This document shows positions 48,462 to 58,077 of a stretch of DNA of 64,000 nt, piece after piece. The notes under the pieces are model-generated. The model was not told the origin of the DNA. It made no database searches and saw only the letters and a list, made by a program, of their open reading frames with translations. This DNA comes from Myxococcota bacterium. Lineage in GTDB: Bacteria > Myxococcota_A > UBA796 > GCA-2862545. The DNA lies in contig JBCCQY010000030.1 in assembly GCA_039208735.1 (NCBI GenBank), positions 1-64,000 of the forward strand, in the 5' to 3' direction. How positions within the stretch are numbered: position 1 is the first letter of the stretch; each line of letters starts with the position of its first letter. Both the position numbers and the translations under genes were made by a program.

Positions 48462-49454
48462 CCAGTCGGAGCGCGCGTCACGTGTCGGTTGCGCCCCCAT
48501 CCGGCGAGCCACTTCGAATCGGAAGCCCCCCTGCCCAAATCCGGCCCCCACAAAGGTGTCGATCTGATCGTCTGCGAAGGGTGCGGACGCTTCTTCGACC
48601 CGAAACCAAGTTCGGCGCCAGCCCGCGGCCGCAAATGCATCGACGGCAAAACGGCCGATCGGTTGGCGGAGTCCGAGTCGCGCCAACACGGGAATCGACT
48701 CGGTGACGCCATCCAAGAGGGCTCCGGTACGGGGAGCGAGCGGCGCACCACCTTGAACGCCAAAAACCAGTCGCTCTCGCCAATTGACTTCGAGTTCCAA
48801 CCCCACGACGGTGCGTTCCGTGGTCCAAACCGATGGCGAGAGCGCGGCCATCCCTCCCAACGCCGTTCGACGAGGTGTCTCGCGCAGGTGTTGGAGGGCT
48901 TCGGCGCGTCCCGCGAACCCGATGGCATCCCCAATCCGCCGCGACACGATGCCCACGATGGCACCCTGTTCGTCGACGACCGGCCCCCCCGAAAACCCGG
49001 GCGCCACCGAACCATTGATTTGAAGGCTCCGCGTGCCCACGGCGGCGACGGTGCCCGTGGCGAACGTGTATCGAAGGGTTCCCTCGAGAAAGCCACCCGG
49101 GGGGCTCGCCGCATAGGGATGACCCAACAGATGAACGACCGCACCCACCTGTGGCGCGTCAGTGGCGATGGCCAGCGCCGGTCCCATGGACGCTCGAAGG
49201 GTGAGCAACGCGAGGTCATGGGCCACGTCGATCGCCGACACCCGCGCTCGGACAGACCGGTTCGTGCGTGTCGTCACGCGAGCCCCAAACCCGCCAGCCA
49301 CGCAGTGATAGGCCGTGGCCACGGTCGTTTCGTCAACGAGCACCCCGGCGCACGTCCCACTGCCCTGTTGAACCACCACCACCGCATCGAGGATCGCCTC
49401 CGGATCGAGCGGGGATGCAGCGAGAGAGGCGTAGCCGAGGATCGCAGCGAACAT
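48414..49454 (-). CDS. Trypsin-like serine protease with C-terminal beta-strand domain
   Basis: TAYHCV, HDLALL, PGFSGGP triad; C-terminal amphipathic strands. ATG 49454. Confidence 0.85.
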   Translation of the reverse strand: MFAAILGYASLAASPLDPEAILDAVVVVQQGSGTCAGVLVDETTVATAYHCVAGGFGARVTTRTNRSVRARVSAIDVAHDLALLTLRASMGPALAIATDAPQVGAVVHLLGHPYAASPPGGFLEGTLRYTFATGTVAAVGTRSLQINGSVAPGFSGGPVVDEQGAIVGIVSRRIGDAIGFAGRAEALQHLRETPRRTALGGMAALSPSVWTTERTVVGLELEVNWRERLVFGVQGGAPLAPRTGALLDGVTESIPVLARLGLRQPIGRFAVDAFAAAGWRRTWFRVEEASAPFADDQIDTFVGAGFGQGGFRFEVARRMGAQPTRDARSDWLFGLRLGLGALRRVW

Positions 49455-49485
49455 GGCAGCATGGTACCTGAAGCTCACTTGGGGG

Positions 49486-50250
49486 ATGGCGCGCGTGCTT
49501 GGCATGGTCTGGATTGTGGGGTGTGGGACCTTCTTCTCCTCTGAACCTGCGCCGCCTCCCGAGGTGGCCGCACCCAAACCCGTGGTGGACGTGCCCACAG
49601 AGGGAACCGCCGACACCCCTCAGCTTGCCGCCTCCCACATCCTTGTCGCCTACGTGGGCGCAGTAGCCGCGCACCAAGGGGTCTCCCGAAGCGAGGCCGA
49701 GGCCCAAGCCTTGGCCACCGAGCTGCACCAAAAGCTGGTGGACGGGGCGGATTTCGCGGCGGTGGCCAAGGAGTTTTCCGACGACCCGTCAGGCGGACGC
49801 GGAGGTGCCATCGGCGCGTTCGTGCAGGATGCGGTCGACCCTCGCTTCGCCGAGGCCATCACCGCGATCGAGGAAGGCGCCTACACAAGCCCCTTCAAGA
49901 CTCCTTACGGCTGGCACGTCGCACGACGCGACCCTCTCGACGTGCGGCGAGGCCGCCACATCCTCGTCTCCTACCAAGGCGCCCGGAACAGCTCCGAGAC
50001 CCATAGCAAGGCCCACGCACGGCGCGTTCTCGACATGCTCGAGCTTCGACTCTCCCGGGGGGCATCGTTTAGCGATCTTGCGGCCGAGTTTTCGAACGAC
50101 ACCACCGCGAAGCGCGGCGGCGATCTCGGCCTCATGAGCCAGGGGCAGTTGCTTCCGGTCCTCGAAGAGGCGGTCGCGCGACTGAAGCCCGGCCAACGAA
50201 CGATGGTTGAATCGGCCTATGGCTGGCACCTCGTCGAGCGGACCGAGTGA
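49486..50250 (+). CDS. Parvulin-type peptidylprolyl isomerase lipoprotein (two PpiC domains)
   Basis: Lipobox IVGC; ASHILV...FSDD...GG...YGWH pattern twice. Confidence 0.9.
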   Translation: MARVLGMVWIVGCGTFFSSEPAPPPEVAAPKPVVDVPTEGTADTPQLAASHILVAYVGAVAAHQGVSRSEAEAQALATELHQKLVDGADFAAVAKEFSDDPSGGRGGAIGAFVQDAVDPRFAEAITAIEEGAYTSPFKTPYGWHVARRDPLDVRRGRHILVSYQGARNSSETHSKAHARRVLDMLELRLSRGASFSDLAAEFSNDTTAKRGGDLGLMSQGQLLPVLEEAVARLKPGQRTMVESAYGWHLVERTE

Positions 50251-50289
50251 GCGGCACGCCGCCTCCCTGTCCCAGAGTTACGCAGCGAC

Positions 50290-51597
50290 ATGACCGAGAT
50301 GCTGACCCGTGATGCGCTGCTTGCCCGCTACCAGAAATCCGGACGTCCGCGCGCGGATTGGCTCGTGGGAGCCGAGTTCGAGCGGCACCTGCTGGACCCC
50401 AAGGGCATGCCGCTGCCGTACTCCGCCCCCCAGGGCGTGCGTTGGATGCTCGAACAGCTGGCCCAGAGCCATGGTTCGTTGGAAATGGAGGGCGACCATC
50501 CCATCGCCTTGATGCGCGAACAGGCGAGCGTCACCCTCGAACCGGGCGGCCAGTTCGAGCTTTCCGGTGCCCCAGCCAAGTCATTGCAGCCGATCCACGA
50601 TGAGGCGCGCGACTTTGCGGCTGAGGTCGACGCACTGCTTGGCGACAACGGCATCCGGCAAATGGCCATCGGCTTTACGCCGTTCGCTCGCATCACCGAC
50701 ATCCCGTGGGTCCCCAAGGGCCGCTACGCGGTCATGAAGGCCCATCTCGCCCGCACCGGGCAGCTTGCCCACCACATGATGAAGGGCACTGCAGCGGTCC
50801 AAGCGACCTACGACTACGCAGATGAGGCCGATGCCGCACGCAAGGTCGGGTTGGCCACTCGGCTCGGGCCCCTCACCACCGCGATGTTCGCCAACTCGCC
50901 GTACGCCGAGGGCAAGGCCAGCGGCTACATGAGCTTCCGCGGTCACATCTGGACCCAGACCGACCCCGCCCGTACCGGTCTACCCGACTCGGTCGAGCCG
51001 TGTTCGGTTGAGCGATGGCTCGACTACCTCCTCGACGTGCCGATGATGTTCATCAAGGACGCCGCGGGCAACTACCTCGCAGCGAACGGGATGTCCTTCC
51101 GGCATTGGATGGAGGGGGGCATGGGGGTCCCGCCTACGTCGGCGGACTGGGACCTCCACCTCACGAGTGTCTTCCCCGAAGTTCGGGTGAAACACACCAT
51201 CGAAGTACGCGGCGCGGATTGCGTGCCGTTGCCCCTTGCGATGAGCTTCGTGAGCCTCTTCAAAGGGTTGTTCTACTGCGACATCGCGCTCGAAGCGGGT
51301 AACGAACTCGTGAGTCGCTTCGTTCAACACGGCACCAAAGAAGCGCGGTTTGCGATCGCCTGCACCGACGGGCTGCAGGGAGAAATTGGCGGAAGAAAGC
51401 TCGTATCCTGGGCCGAAGAACTCGTCCGGATGGCCGACGAAGCCCTCGAGCGATGTGCACCGGAAGACCGGGTCTGGCTCAAGCCCTTGATGCGCCAAAT
51501 CGGTCTCGGAGAATCTCCGGCTCGAACCCTACTTCGAAAGTTCGGTCCCGAACCGTCACCCGACGCCTTGCTCGCCTCGTCACACATCGTCGGCTAA
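50290..51597 (+). CDS. gshA: Glutamate--cysteine ligase (plant/alphaproteobacterial type)
   Basis: GAEFE, LEPGGQFELSG, PKGRY, FANSP, HLTSVFPEVR, IEVRGAD. Confidence 0.9.
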   Translation: MTEMLTRDALLARYQKSGRPRADWLVGAEFERHLLDPKGMPLPYSAPQGVRWMLEQLAQSHGSLEMEGDHPIALMREQASVTLEPGGQFELSGAPAKSLQPIHDEARDFAAEVDALLGDNGIRQMAIGFTPFARITDIPWVPKGRYAVMKAHLARTGQLAHHMMKGTAAVQATYDYADEADAARKVGLATRLGPLTTAMFANSPYAEGKASGYMSFRGHIWTQTDPARTGLPDSVEPCSVERWLDYLLDVPMMFIKDAAGNYLAANGMSFRHWMEGGMGVPPTSADWDLHLTSVFPEVRVKHTIEVRGADCVPLPLAMSFVSLFKGLFYCDIALEAGNELVSRFVQHGTKEARFAIACTDGLQGEIGGRKLVSWAEELVRMADEALERCAPEDRVWLKPLMRQIGLGESPARTLLRKFGPEPSPDALLASSHIVG

Positions 51598-51640
51598 GGC
51601 GTCACCCGGCTGACATAATCGGCCGGGGAGATCGTCAGCG

Positions 51641-52003
51641 ATGGGATCCGTGGGGACGGATACACGTGCGAGCGGCTTGAGGGCCGCACGTAGGCTCGAG
51701 GAGAGCCTTGGCCTGGTGCGTCGGGCACAGACCCACGTGGGACGTCGGTCTCCGACCGAGGCCACCAAGAAGCATCACCGTCGCGCAAAGCGGCAGCTGT
51801 CGAAGCTCAATGCGATGCTCAAGGACCTTCAGCGTCGCCTTCTCGAGCGGGGCGCGTCGACCGACGGGCTGGCGAGACTCGCGATGGTGCTCGACCCTCT
51901 CGATGCGACCCTACGGGCCACCCAGGTCAGCGAGAGTCGGACCCGGGTGTTCAAGCGCGTGCGCAAGGCTGCGAAACGGGCTCGGCACGCGCTCAACGCG
52001 TGA
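51641..52003 (+). CDS. Basic helical hypothetical protein
   Basis: GGGGAG upstream of ATG; fills the gap between gshA and rlmB; very Arg/Lys-rich. Confidence 0.55.
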   Translation: MGSVGTDTRASGLRAARRLEESLGLVRRAQTHVGRRSPTEATKKHHRRAKRQLSKLNAMLKDLQRRLLERGASTDGLARLAMVLDPLDATLRATQVSESRTRVFKRVRKAAKRARHALNA

Positions 52004-52739
52004 ACCATCCGTCTTGCCGTCGCTTTTCGTACAACAGAATCCCCGCGGCAACACTGACGTTGAGCGACTCGAGCCCTCCGGCCAGCGGGATCTGAACAAG
52101 CTTGTCACACCGCTCGACCCACTTGCTCGACAGACCGCGGCCCTCCTCGCCCAGCACGAGCGCCAGCGGACCTGAAAGGTCAACCTCTCCGACGGGCTCG
52201 CCCGCGGCATCCGCGCCCACAACAGGAATGCCCGCCTTCTTGATGACCTTGAGCGACGCGAAGAGCCCCTCCTGCGCTACGGGAACGTCCTCGACGGCCC
52301 CCATCGAGACGCGAGCCACCACCGGAGACAGCGAAGCGCCACGACGGGTCGGTACGACGAGCCCCGTCACCCCAAACCCCAGACTGCTGCGCAACACCGC
52401 CCCGAGGTTGTGCTCATACTGAAGGCCGTCCGCCAAGACGAGCAGAGGGTCGATGCCCTCGTCGAAAGCCCGGTCGAGTACGGTCTGCGTGGTCAACGTG
52501 ACGAGCGGTTCGACCTCGGCGATGACACCGTTGTGGACCCTTCCATCCGCAAGCTTGTCGAGGCGTTGACGGTCGACGCGCTCGATGGGCACTGTGTTCT
52601 GCGCCGCCAGGTCGAGGATGCGCTGAATGCGAGGATCGGGCCGGGCGCCCCGGTCAATCCAGATCCGATAGACGCGCCGCTTGCCTCGCGAAAGACATTC
52701 CACCACGGGATTACGGCCTTCAAGCCGCTGCAACGCCAT
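51993..52739 (-). CDS. rlmB: 23S rRNA Gm2251 methyltransferase RlmB (TrmH/SpoU family)
   Basis: GRNPVVE, HNGVIA, HNLGAVLRS, LGEEGRGL, ESLNVSVAAG. Confidence 0.9.
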   Translation of the reverse strand: MALQRLEGRNPVVECLSRGKRRVYRIWIDRGARPDPRIQRILDLAAQNTVPIERVDRQRLDKLADGRVHNGVIAEVEPLVTLTTQTVLDRAFDEGIDPLLVLADGLQYEHNLGAVLRSSLGFGVTGLVVPTRRGASLSPVVARVSMGAVEDVPVAQEGLFASLKVIKKAGIPVVGADAAGEPVGEVDLSGPLALVLGEEGRGLSSKWVERCDKLVQIPLAGGLESLNVSVAAGILLYEKRRQDGWFTR

Positions 52740-52740
52740 G

Positions 52741-54099
52741 TCAGAGCAATCGTGCAGCGAGTTCGGCGAGCTGGGACCGCTCCCCGCGCTCGAGCGTGAT
52801 GTGGCCTGCGATATCGGACTCCTTGAACCGCTCGACGGTGTAGGTGAGCCCGTTCGACAGCGCATCGACATAGGGATTGTCGATCTGTCCAGGGTCGCCC
52901 GTGAGCACCACCTTCGTGCCCTCTCCCGCACGGGTAAGCACGGTCTTGATCTCGTGGGGGGTGAGGTTTTGGGCTTCGTCGACGATGAGGAACTGCCGCG
53001 GAATGGAGCGACCGCGAATGTAGGTCAAAGGCTCGACCTCAATGATCTTCTGGTCAAGAAGGTACTGGTACTCGGGCTCGTTGCGGTCGAGGCGGGTCGA
53101 CAACAACAGGTCGAGGTTGTCGAAGATGGGCTTCATCCAGGGGTTGAGCTTCTGCTCGAGATCGCCAGGCAGAAATCCGATGTCGCGCCCCAGCGGAAAG
53201 ATGGGCCGCGAGACGAGCAGCCTTCGATACGCGCCCTCGTCCGCAACCTGCCGCAGACCCGCCGCGATGGCGAGAAGCGTCTTGCCCGTGCCTGCCTGCC
53301 CGTTCAGGGTGACCAGGGCCACCTCGGGGTCGAGCAACAAGTCAAGGGCACACAACTGCTCTTTGTTGCGCGCAAAGATGCCCCAAACGCCTTCGCGATG
53401 ACGCCCCACCTTCTTGACCTGACCGTTCTTGCTGTCGACCCGCACCATGGCCGACTTCGGTTGGGCGTCGGGGCTGGTGAGCAACAAGATGGCGTGGGGA
53501 TAGGTTTGGTGGTCTTCAAGGGCGGTAAGCGGCACGCCTCCATCTGCGTGGATGGCATCGATGAGGTCGCCCGAAACCGTGTACGACAGCACGCCGGTGT
53601 AGTGATCGTCCAACTGGATCTTGGCGTTTTGGTAGTCCTCCGCCACCACCCCCAACGCGTCACACTTGAGGCGCATGTTGGTGTCGCGGGTGACCAGCCG
53701 AATGCGCCCGGCGTCGTCTTGGTCGAGTCGCAACACCGTGCGCAAGATGAGATTGTCGTTGGTCTCGGGGCCCCAGGTGATGGGCAGATCAGGACCGTGC
53801 GTGAGGTAGTCGACCCGGAGGACTCCGCCCCCGTCGAGACGAACCCCTTCGCGCAATGACCCTTGTTCGCGCAGCTTGTCGAGGTACCTCGAGATTGCGC
53901 GGGCATTTCGACCGGTCTCGGAAAGGTCTTTCTTGAAGTTGTCGATCTCCTCGATGACCGTGATGGGAATCACGACGTCGTGCTCATCAAACGCAAACAT
54001 CGCGTTGGGGTCGTAGAGCAACACGTTGGTGTCGAGCACGTAGGCCCGAGTCGCGGCGGAGACACCGACGTAGGGGAGATCCTCGTTGAGTTCGGACAT
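52741..54099 (-). CDS. PIN-PhoH family protein
   Basis: YVLDTNVLL (PIN), GQAGTGKT, IGFLPG, YIRGRS, VDEAQN, GDPGQID. Confidence 0.93.
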   Translation of the reverse strand: MSELNEDLPYVGVSAATRAYVLDTNVLLYDPNAMFAFDEHDVVIPITVIEEIDNFKKDLSETGRNARAISRYLDKLREQGSLREGVRLDGGGVLRVDYLTHGPDLPITWGPETNDNLILRTVLRLDQDDAGRIRLVTRDTNMRLKCDALGVVAEDYQNAKIQLDDHYTGVLSYTVSGDLIDAIHADGGVPLTALEDHQTYPHAILLLTSPDAQPKSAMVRVDSKNGQVKKVGRHREGVWGIFARNKEQLCALDLLLDPEVALVTLNGQAGTGKTLLAIAAGLRQVADEGAYRRLLVSRPIFPLGRDIGFLPGDLEQKLNPWMKPIFDNLDLLLSTRLDRNEPEYQYLLDQKIIEVEPLTYIRGRSIPRQFLIVDEAQNLTPHEIKTVLTRAGEGTKVVLTGDPGQIDNPYVDALSNGLTYTVERFKESDIAGHITLERGERSQLAELAARLL

Positions 54100-54126
54100 G
54101 GGACCTTCCAGGTAGGGGGCTGCCCG

Positions 54127-54669
54127 TCAGGGCACCTGCAGCGAGTACGATTTTTCGTAGCTGCCACGATTCGCGGTTCCAAGGCCGTATTCGACCACCG
54201 GCTTGTCGATACGGACCGTGCCATCGTCGTCGACACCGTTGCCGATGAACACGTAGAACGAGCCTCCAGCCGGATCGACCGACTCGGAAGACACGACGAT
54301 GCGGTTGGCCCCTGGCTGCAAATACTGCGCGATGTCTTCGATGACGGGCTCTTCGCCCGAACGCAGCATCGCCACAACCGTTCCGTTGATGCGGACGACC
54401 ACCTTGTGGCCCTGGGAGCGCAGATCTTGGGTCACCAACCAGTACGTGCCCTGGGGCACCGCCGTCGGGGCCGAGGCTGTACGTTCGCTCTTCGGCCGGT
54501 CGACAACCTTGATTTTGTAGCCCGGAGCATCGATGCGCGTGTTGCCTTGCTCATCGAAGGTCACCGTCACCTTCTCGAGTTCGACCCCCGCGACCGAGGC
54601 CGGGTCGACTCGGGTGCCGTTGATGTACAGCTCACCTGCGAATGCCGCGGCGATCAACCCGACCCACAC
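54127..54669 (-). CDS. Secreted beta-rich hypothetical protein
   Basis: GAGGGAGG plus GTG 54669, short signal peptide ...AAAFA, YLQPGANRI. Confidence 0.72.
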   Translation of the reverse strand: MWVGLIAAAFAGELYINGTRVDPASVAGVELEKVTVTFDEQGNTRIDAPGYKIKVVDRPKSERTASAPTAVPQGTYWLVTQDLRSQGHKVVVRINGTVVAMLRSGEEPVIEDIAQYLQPGANRIVVSSESVDPAGGSFYVFIGNGVDDDGTVRIDKPVVEYGLGTANRGSYEKSYSLQVP

Positions 54670-54833
54670 GTTGTCCTCCCTCGCCGCGACGTCACGACCA
54701 CAACTCTGGCTATGGCGTGGCATCATTGCTCGCCAAGCGGTCAGAATTCGACCGACAGCGACCTATCGGCAGGCCGACCCAAGCTTGACACCCGAGAGGG
54801 GTACGATGCCCCCCAACGAACGGGGAGGCATGT

Positions 54834-56099
54834 GTGAGCCAGGGTCTGGCACGGGTGGTGGGGCTTTGGGGAGCCGTAGGCATGGGCCTGGGATCCATTT
54901 TGGGCACCGGGGTCTTCGTGAGTCTGGCCATCGGGGCGGGGATCGGCGGGGCTTCGGTCGTCTTGGCCACCGCACTCGCGGCGTTCGTCGCCACCTGCAA
55001 TGGGCTTTCGAGCGCCCAGCTTGCCGCCGCCCACCCCATCAGCGGGGGCACCTACGAATACGGCTACCGCTTCCTCAACCCGACCATCGGGTTTTCGGCG
55101 GGGGTGATGTTCCTGGTGGCCAAGAGCGCATCAGCCGCCACCGCGGCGCTTGGCAGCGTCGGCGGAGTTCTGCTGCTCGCGGGCATCGACGTCGACCCCA
55201 ACGTCCGCACCGGGTTGGCGGTGGCGGTAGTGCTCGGCATGACCGCGTTGGTCGCCTCGGGCGTCCGCCGCTCGAACACCTTCAACCTGGCTATCGTAGG
55301 GCTGACCATCGGCACCCTGGCCACGTTCGTCGGCACCGGCTTGGCCACCGTGGAGGGTCCCATCGACCTTTCGGGTTGGGGGACGTTCGAGCCCATGAGC
55401 TTGCTTGCCACGACCGCGCTGATGTTCGTCGCATACACGGGCTACGGGCGAATCGCGACCCTCGGCGAAGAGGTTCAGGAGCCGGCCGTCACGATTCCGC
55501 GCGCGATCATCGCAACCCTCATCGTGTCGATGGTGCTCTACGTCAGTGTGGCCGCGACGGCGGTGTTGGTCGTGGGCGCTGATGCGTTCGCCGAGGCAGC
55601 GACCACCGCCGCGCCGCTTCAGGTCGTGGCTCGCGCCATCAGTGCCCCTGTCGCGACCATCGTGGCCGTCGGAGCGGTAACCGCCATGCTCGGAGTGCTC
55701 CTCAATCTCGTGCTCGGCCTGTCTCGGGTGGCCTTCGCGATGGCGCGACGGCGCGACCTGCCCGAAAGCTTTGCTGCCGTCTCGAGCGCCCAAAGTCCTG
55801 TGCGCGCAGTCTGGCTCGTGGGCCTCGTCATCGCCGGGTTGGTGTTGCTCGGCGACGTTCGGTCCACCTGGACGTTTTCGGCATTTACCGTGCTCATCTA
55901 CTACAGCATCACCAACCTGGCCGCGCTCGCCCTGCCCCCCGAGCATCGTCGGTTTCCCCGCCTCGTATCGGTGCTGGGACTTGTGAGCTGTGCGGGCCTC
56001 GCCGTTTTCGTGCCTCTGGAGATGGCCTTAGCGGGTGCAACCGTCCTTTTCGTGGGTTTGGTCGCCCGATCGGTGCTGGGTGGCGGCTCAGCCACCTGA
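54834..56099 (+). CDS. APC family amino acid permease
   Basis: GSILGTGVF, SGGTYEYG, FVAYTGY...LGEEV, about 12 TMs. Confidence 0.92.
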   Translation: MSQGLARVVGLWGAVGMGLGSILGTGVFVSLAIGAGIGGASVVLATALAAFVATCNGLSSAQLAAAHPISGGTYEYGYRFLNPTIGFSAGVMFLVAKSASAATAALGSVGGVLLLAGIDVDPNVRTGLAVAVVLGMTALVASGVRRSNTFNLAIVGLTIGTLATFVGTGLATVEGPIDLSGWGTFEPMSLLATTALMFVAYTGYGRIATLGEEVQEPAVTIPRAIIATLIVSMVLYVSVAATAVLVVGADAFAEAATTAAPLQVVARAISAPVATIVAVGAVTAMLGVLLNLVLGLSRVAFAMARRRDLPESFAAVSSAQSPVRAVWLVGLVIAGLVLLGDVRSTWTFSAFTVLIYYSITNLAALALPPEHRRFPRLVSVLGLVSCAGLAVFVPLEMALAGATVLFVGLVARSVLGGGSAT

Positions 56100-56126
56100 C
56101 GTTACGCGAGGCGCCACGGAGGAACG

Positions 56127-56582
56127 ATGCACGAAATTCGCGCCACGGCTCAGATTGCCGCTCCCACCGACCAGGTGTTTGCCTTCGTCTCGGACCACGA
56201 GCGCTTCCTTACCGGAGGCGGCATGACTTGCACGTTGGCCAACCCCGGCACGTCGGATCGCAACGGGGTGGGCGCGGTCCGCGTCGTGCGCTCGGGGGGG
56301 CTGATGCTGCGAGAAGAAGTGCTGTCGTTCGAACCTGACCATCGCTACGAATACGTGATTCGGGCGATCCAAGGCCCTCTCGGGATCGCGGTCCCCGTCC
56401 GGCACGAACTCGGCTGGGTTGAATTGACCCCCAATGGCGATCGCACCGACGTCGTATGGGCTTCGCGGTTCGAGGTGCAGCTGCCGTTTGGGCGAGACAC
56501 CGTCGCACGGTTGGCCGGCAACCAGCTCGAAACCGCCTTTGGCCGCCTGCTCGAACGTGCCGCTCGCAAAATCGCCGCGTAG
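56127..56582 (+). CDS. SRPBCC family protein
   Basis: IAAPTDQVFAFVSD, GVGAVR, EEVLSFEP; GGAGG RBS. Confidence 0.85.
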   Translation: MHEIRATAQIAAPTDQVFAFVSDHERFLTGGGMTCTLANPGTSDRNGVGAVRVVRSGGLMLREEVLSFEPDHRYEYVIRAIQGPLGIAVPVRHELGWVELTPNGDRTDVVWASRFEVQLPFGRDTVARLAGNQLETAFGRLLERAARKIAA

Positions 56583-56590
56583 CACGGCGG

Positions 56591-57292
56591 TTAGACCAGC
56601 TCCTTGTCGGGAATGAGCCAGCGATGGCAGCCGCGACACGGTTCCATCCGACCCTTTCGAAGGTCGGTGAGGTGCTGCGGGCGAACCTCCATGCGACAGG
56701 CCGTGCACGCGTTGCGCTCGATGCGCGCTACCGCCCATTTGTTCCGCGCCCGAAACGCCTCGTACCGCCCTCGATGATCGGAAGGCAGCTCCGCGAGGAG
56801 GCCGGGTCGCTTGGCAAGCAGGTCCTGAATCTCGGCCTCGAGACGTTGGGTGTGGTCCGGCACCTCCGACTCCGCCGTCACGCGGGTCGCCTCGGCCTCC
56901 GCCTGCGCCGTTTGCGCCGCGACTCGCGATGCCTCGGCCTCGTCCGCCGCCTCCATCAACTCCAGCATCTCGGTCTCAGCTTCGTCGATCAGCGCCGCGC
57001 ACTTCGTTCGTTGCCGCTCCGCGGCATCCGGATCTCCCGCCCCCATTTCCATGATCTTGATGGCCGAGGCCATGCGCTGCTGGAATTCGCGCGTCTTTCG
57101 AACATTGGCTTTTTGGGCGGCGTCGTTGTCGGAGACCTTGGTTTCGGCTTCCTCCAACGCTGCTGCAGCGTGTTTGGCGGCGTTTCGAGCCTCGGTCAAC
57201 CGAACCGCGAGTTTTTCGATCTCAGTCTTGCGCGACGCCACGCCGCGGTCGAGAGTGTCGAGGCGCTCGAGTCGTGCCAGATCTTCGTGCAC
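56591..57292 (-). CDS. Coiled-coil protein with C4 zinc ribbon (DUF164 type)
   Basis: Long coiled coil followed by CTAC...CRGC. Confidence 0.88.
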   Translation of the reverse strand: MHEDLARLERLDTLDRGVASRKTEIEKLAVRLTEARNAAKHAAAALEEAETKVSDNDAAQKANVRKTREFQQRMASAIKIMEMGAGDPDAAERQRTKCAALIDEAETEMLELMEAADEAEASRVAAQTAQAEAEATRVTAESEVPDHTQRLEAEIQDLLAKRPGLLAELPSDHRGRYEAFRARNKWAVARIERNACTACRMEVRPQHLTDLRKGRMEPCRGCHRWLIPDKELV

Positions 57293-57360
57293 CCGGCCTC
57301 CTGGCGTGAACGGCCCAGCGGGCGCGTTCCGTCACCATACCGTAACGAGGGGAGGATCCC

Positions 57361-58077
57361 GTGAGCTTCGAGCTTTACTACTGGCCCATGATTCCGGGCC
57401 GCGGCGAATTCATTCGCTGGATCCTCGAAGACCTTGAGCTAAGCTACGTCGACGTCGGAAGAGAGAGAGGGTTTGAGGCGATTGTCGCGGCGCGCCAAGA
57501 CGGCATTGCCCTCGATGATGGCCAACGGGTGCACATCTACGCCCCTCCCGCCTTGGCGACCGGCGATCGCGTCATTGGCCAAACTTCGGTCATCGCGAGC
57601 TACCTAGGCGAACGCTACGAACGCGCCCCGAACACGGACGCCGCCCGACTCGAGGCTCGCGCCCTCATGACCTTCATCATGGATGTGACGAAAGAGGCAC
57701 ATGACGTCCATCACCCCGTGAGCCCTGCGCTTACCTACGCCGAGCAGCGCACCGAGGCCCAGCGGGCTGCGACCACGTTCGTGAAGGACCGGTTGCCGAG
57801 CCTGCTTGGATTTTGGGAGCGCCGGCTCGCGTCGACGGAGGGTCCGTTGCTCTTTGGCGAGACCACCACGTACGTCGACCTGGCGCTGGTGCCCCTGCTG
57901 CGCGGCCTCGACCACGCGTTCCCTCGCGCGATGTCAGCCCTTGAGGTGCCCGCGCTACGCAGGCTGCAATCCATCGTCCAAGCCCGACCCGCCCTCACGG
58001 CGTACCGAGCTTCGGACCGCTGCGTGCCGTTTAACGAGCACGGCGTGTTCCGGTACTACCCGGAACTCGACGTTTAG
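57361..58077 (+). CDS. Glutathione S-transferase
   Basis: LYYWP..PGRGEFIR, APPAL, QTSVI, DVHHP, TYVDL, GVFRYYPELD. Confidence 0.9.
   Translation: MSFELYYWPMIPGRGEFIRWILEDLELSYVDVGRERGFEAIVAARQDGIALDDGQRVHIYAPPALATGDRVIGQTSVIASYLGERYERAPNTDAARLEARALMTFIMDVTKEAHDVHHPVSPALTYAEQRTEAQRAATTFVKDRLPSLLGFWERRLASTEGPLLFGETTTYVDLALVPLLRGLDHAFPRAMSALEVPALRRLQSIVQARPALTAYRASDRCVPFNEHGVFRYYPELDV

Noticed and set aside
52741..54669. PIN-PhoH as a toxin-antitoxin module
   Set aside because: The upstream gene encodes a secreted protein, not an antitoxin; PIN-PhoH is a widespread housekeeping family.
54785..54807. TTGACA...TACGAT promoter-like pair upstream of the permease
   Set aside because: Spacer is only 11 nt.
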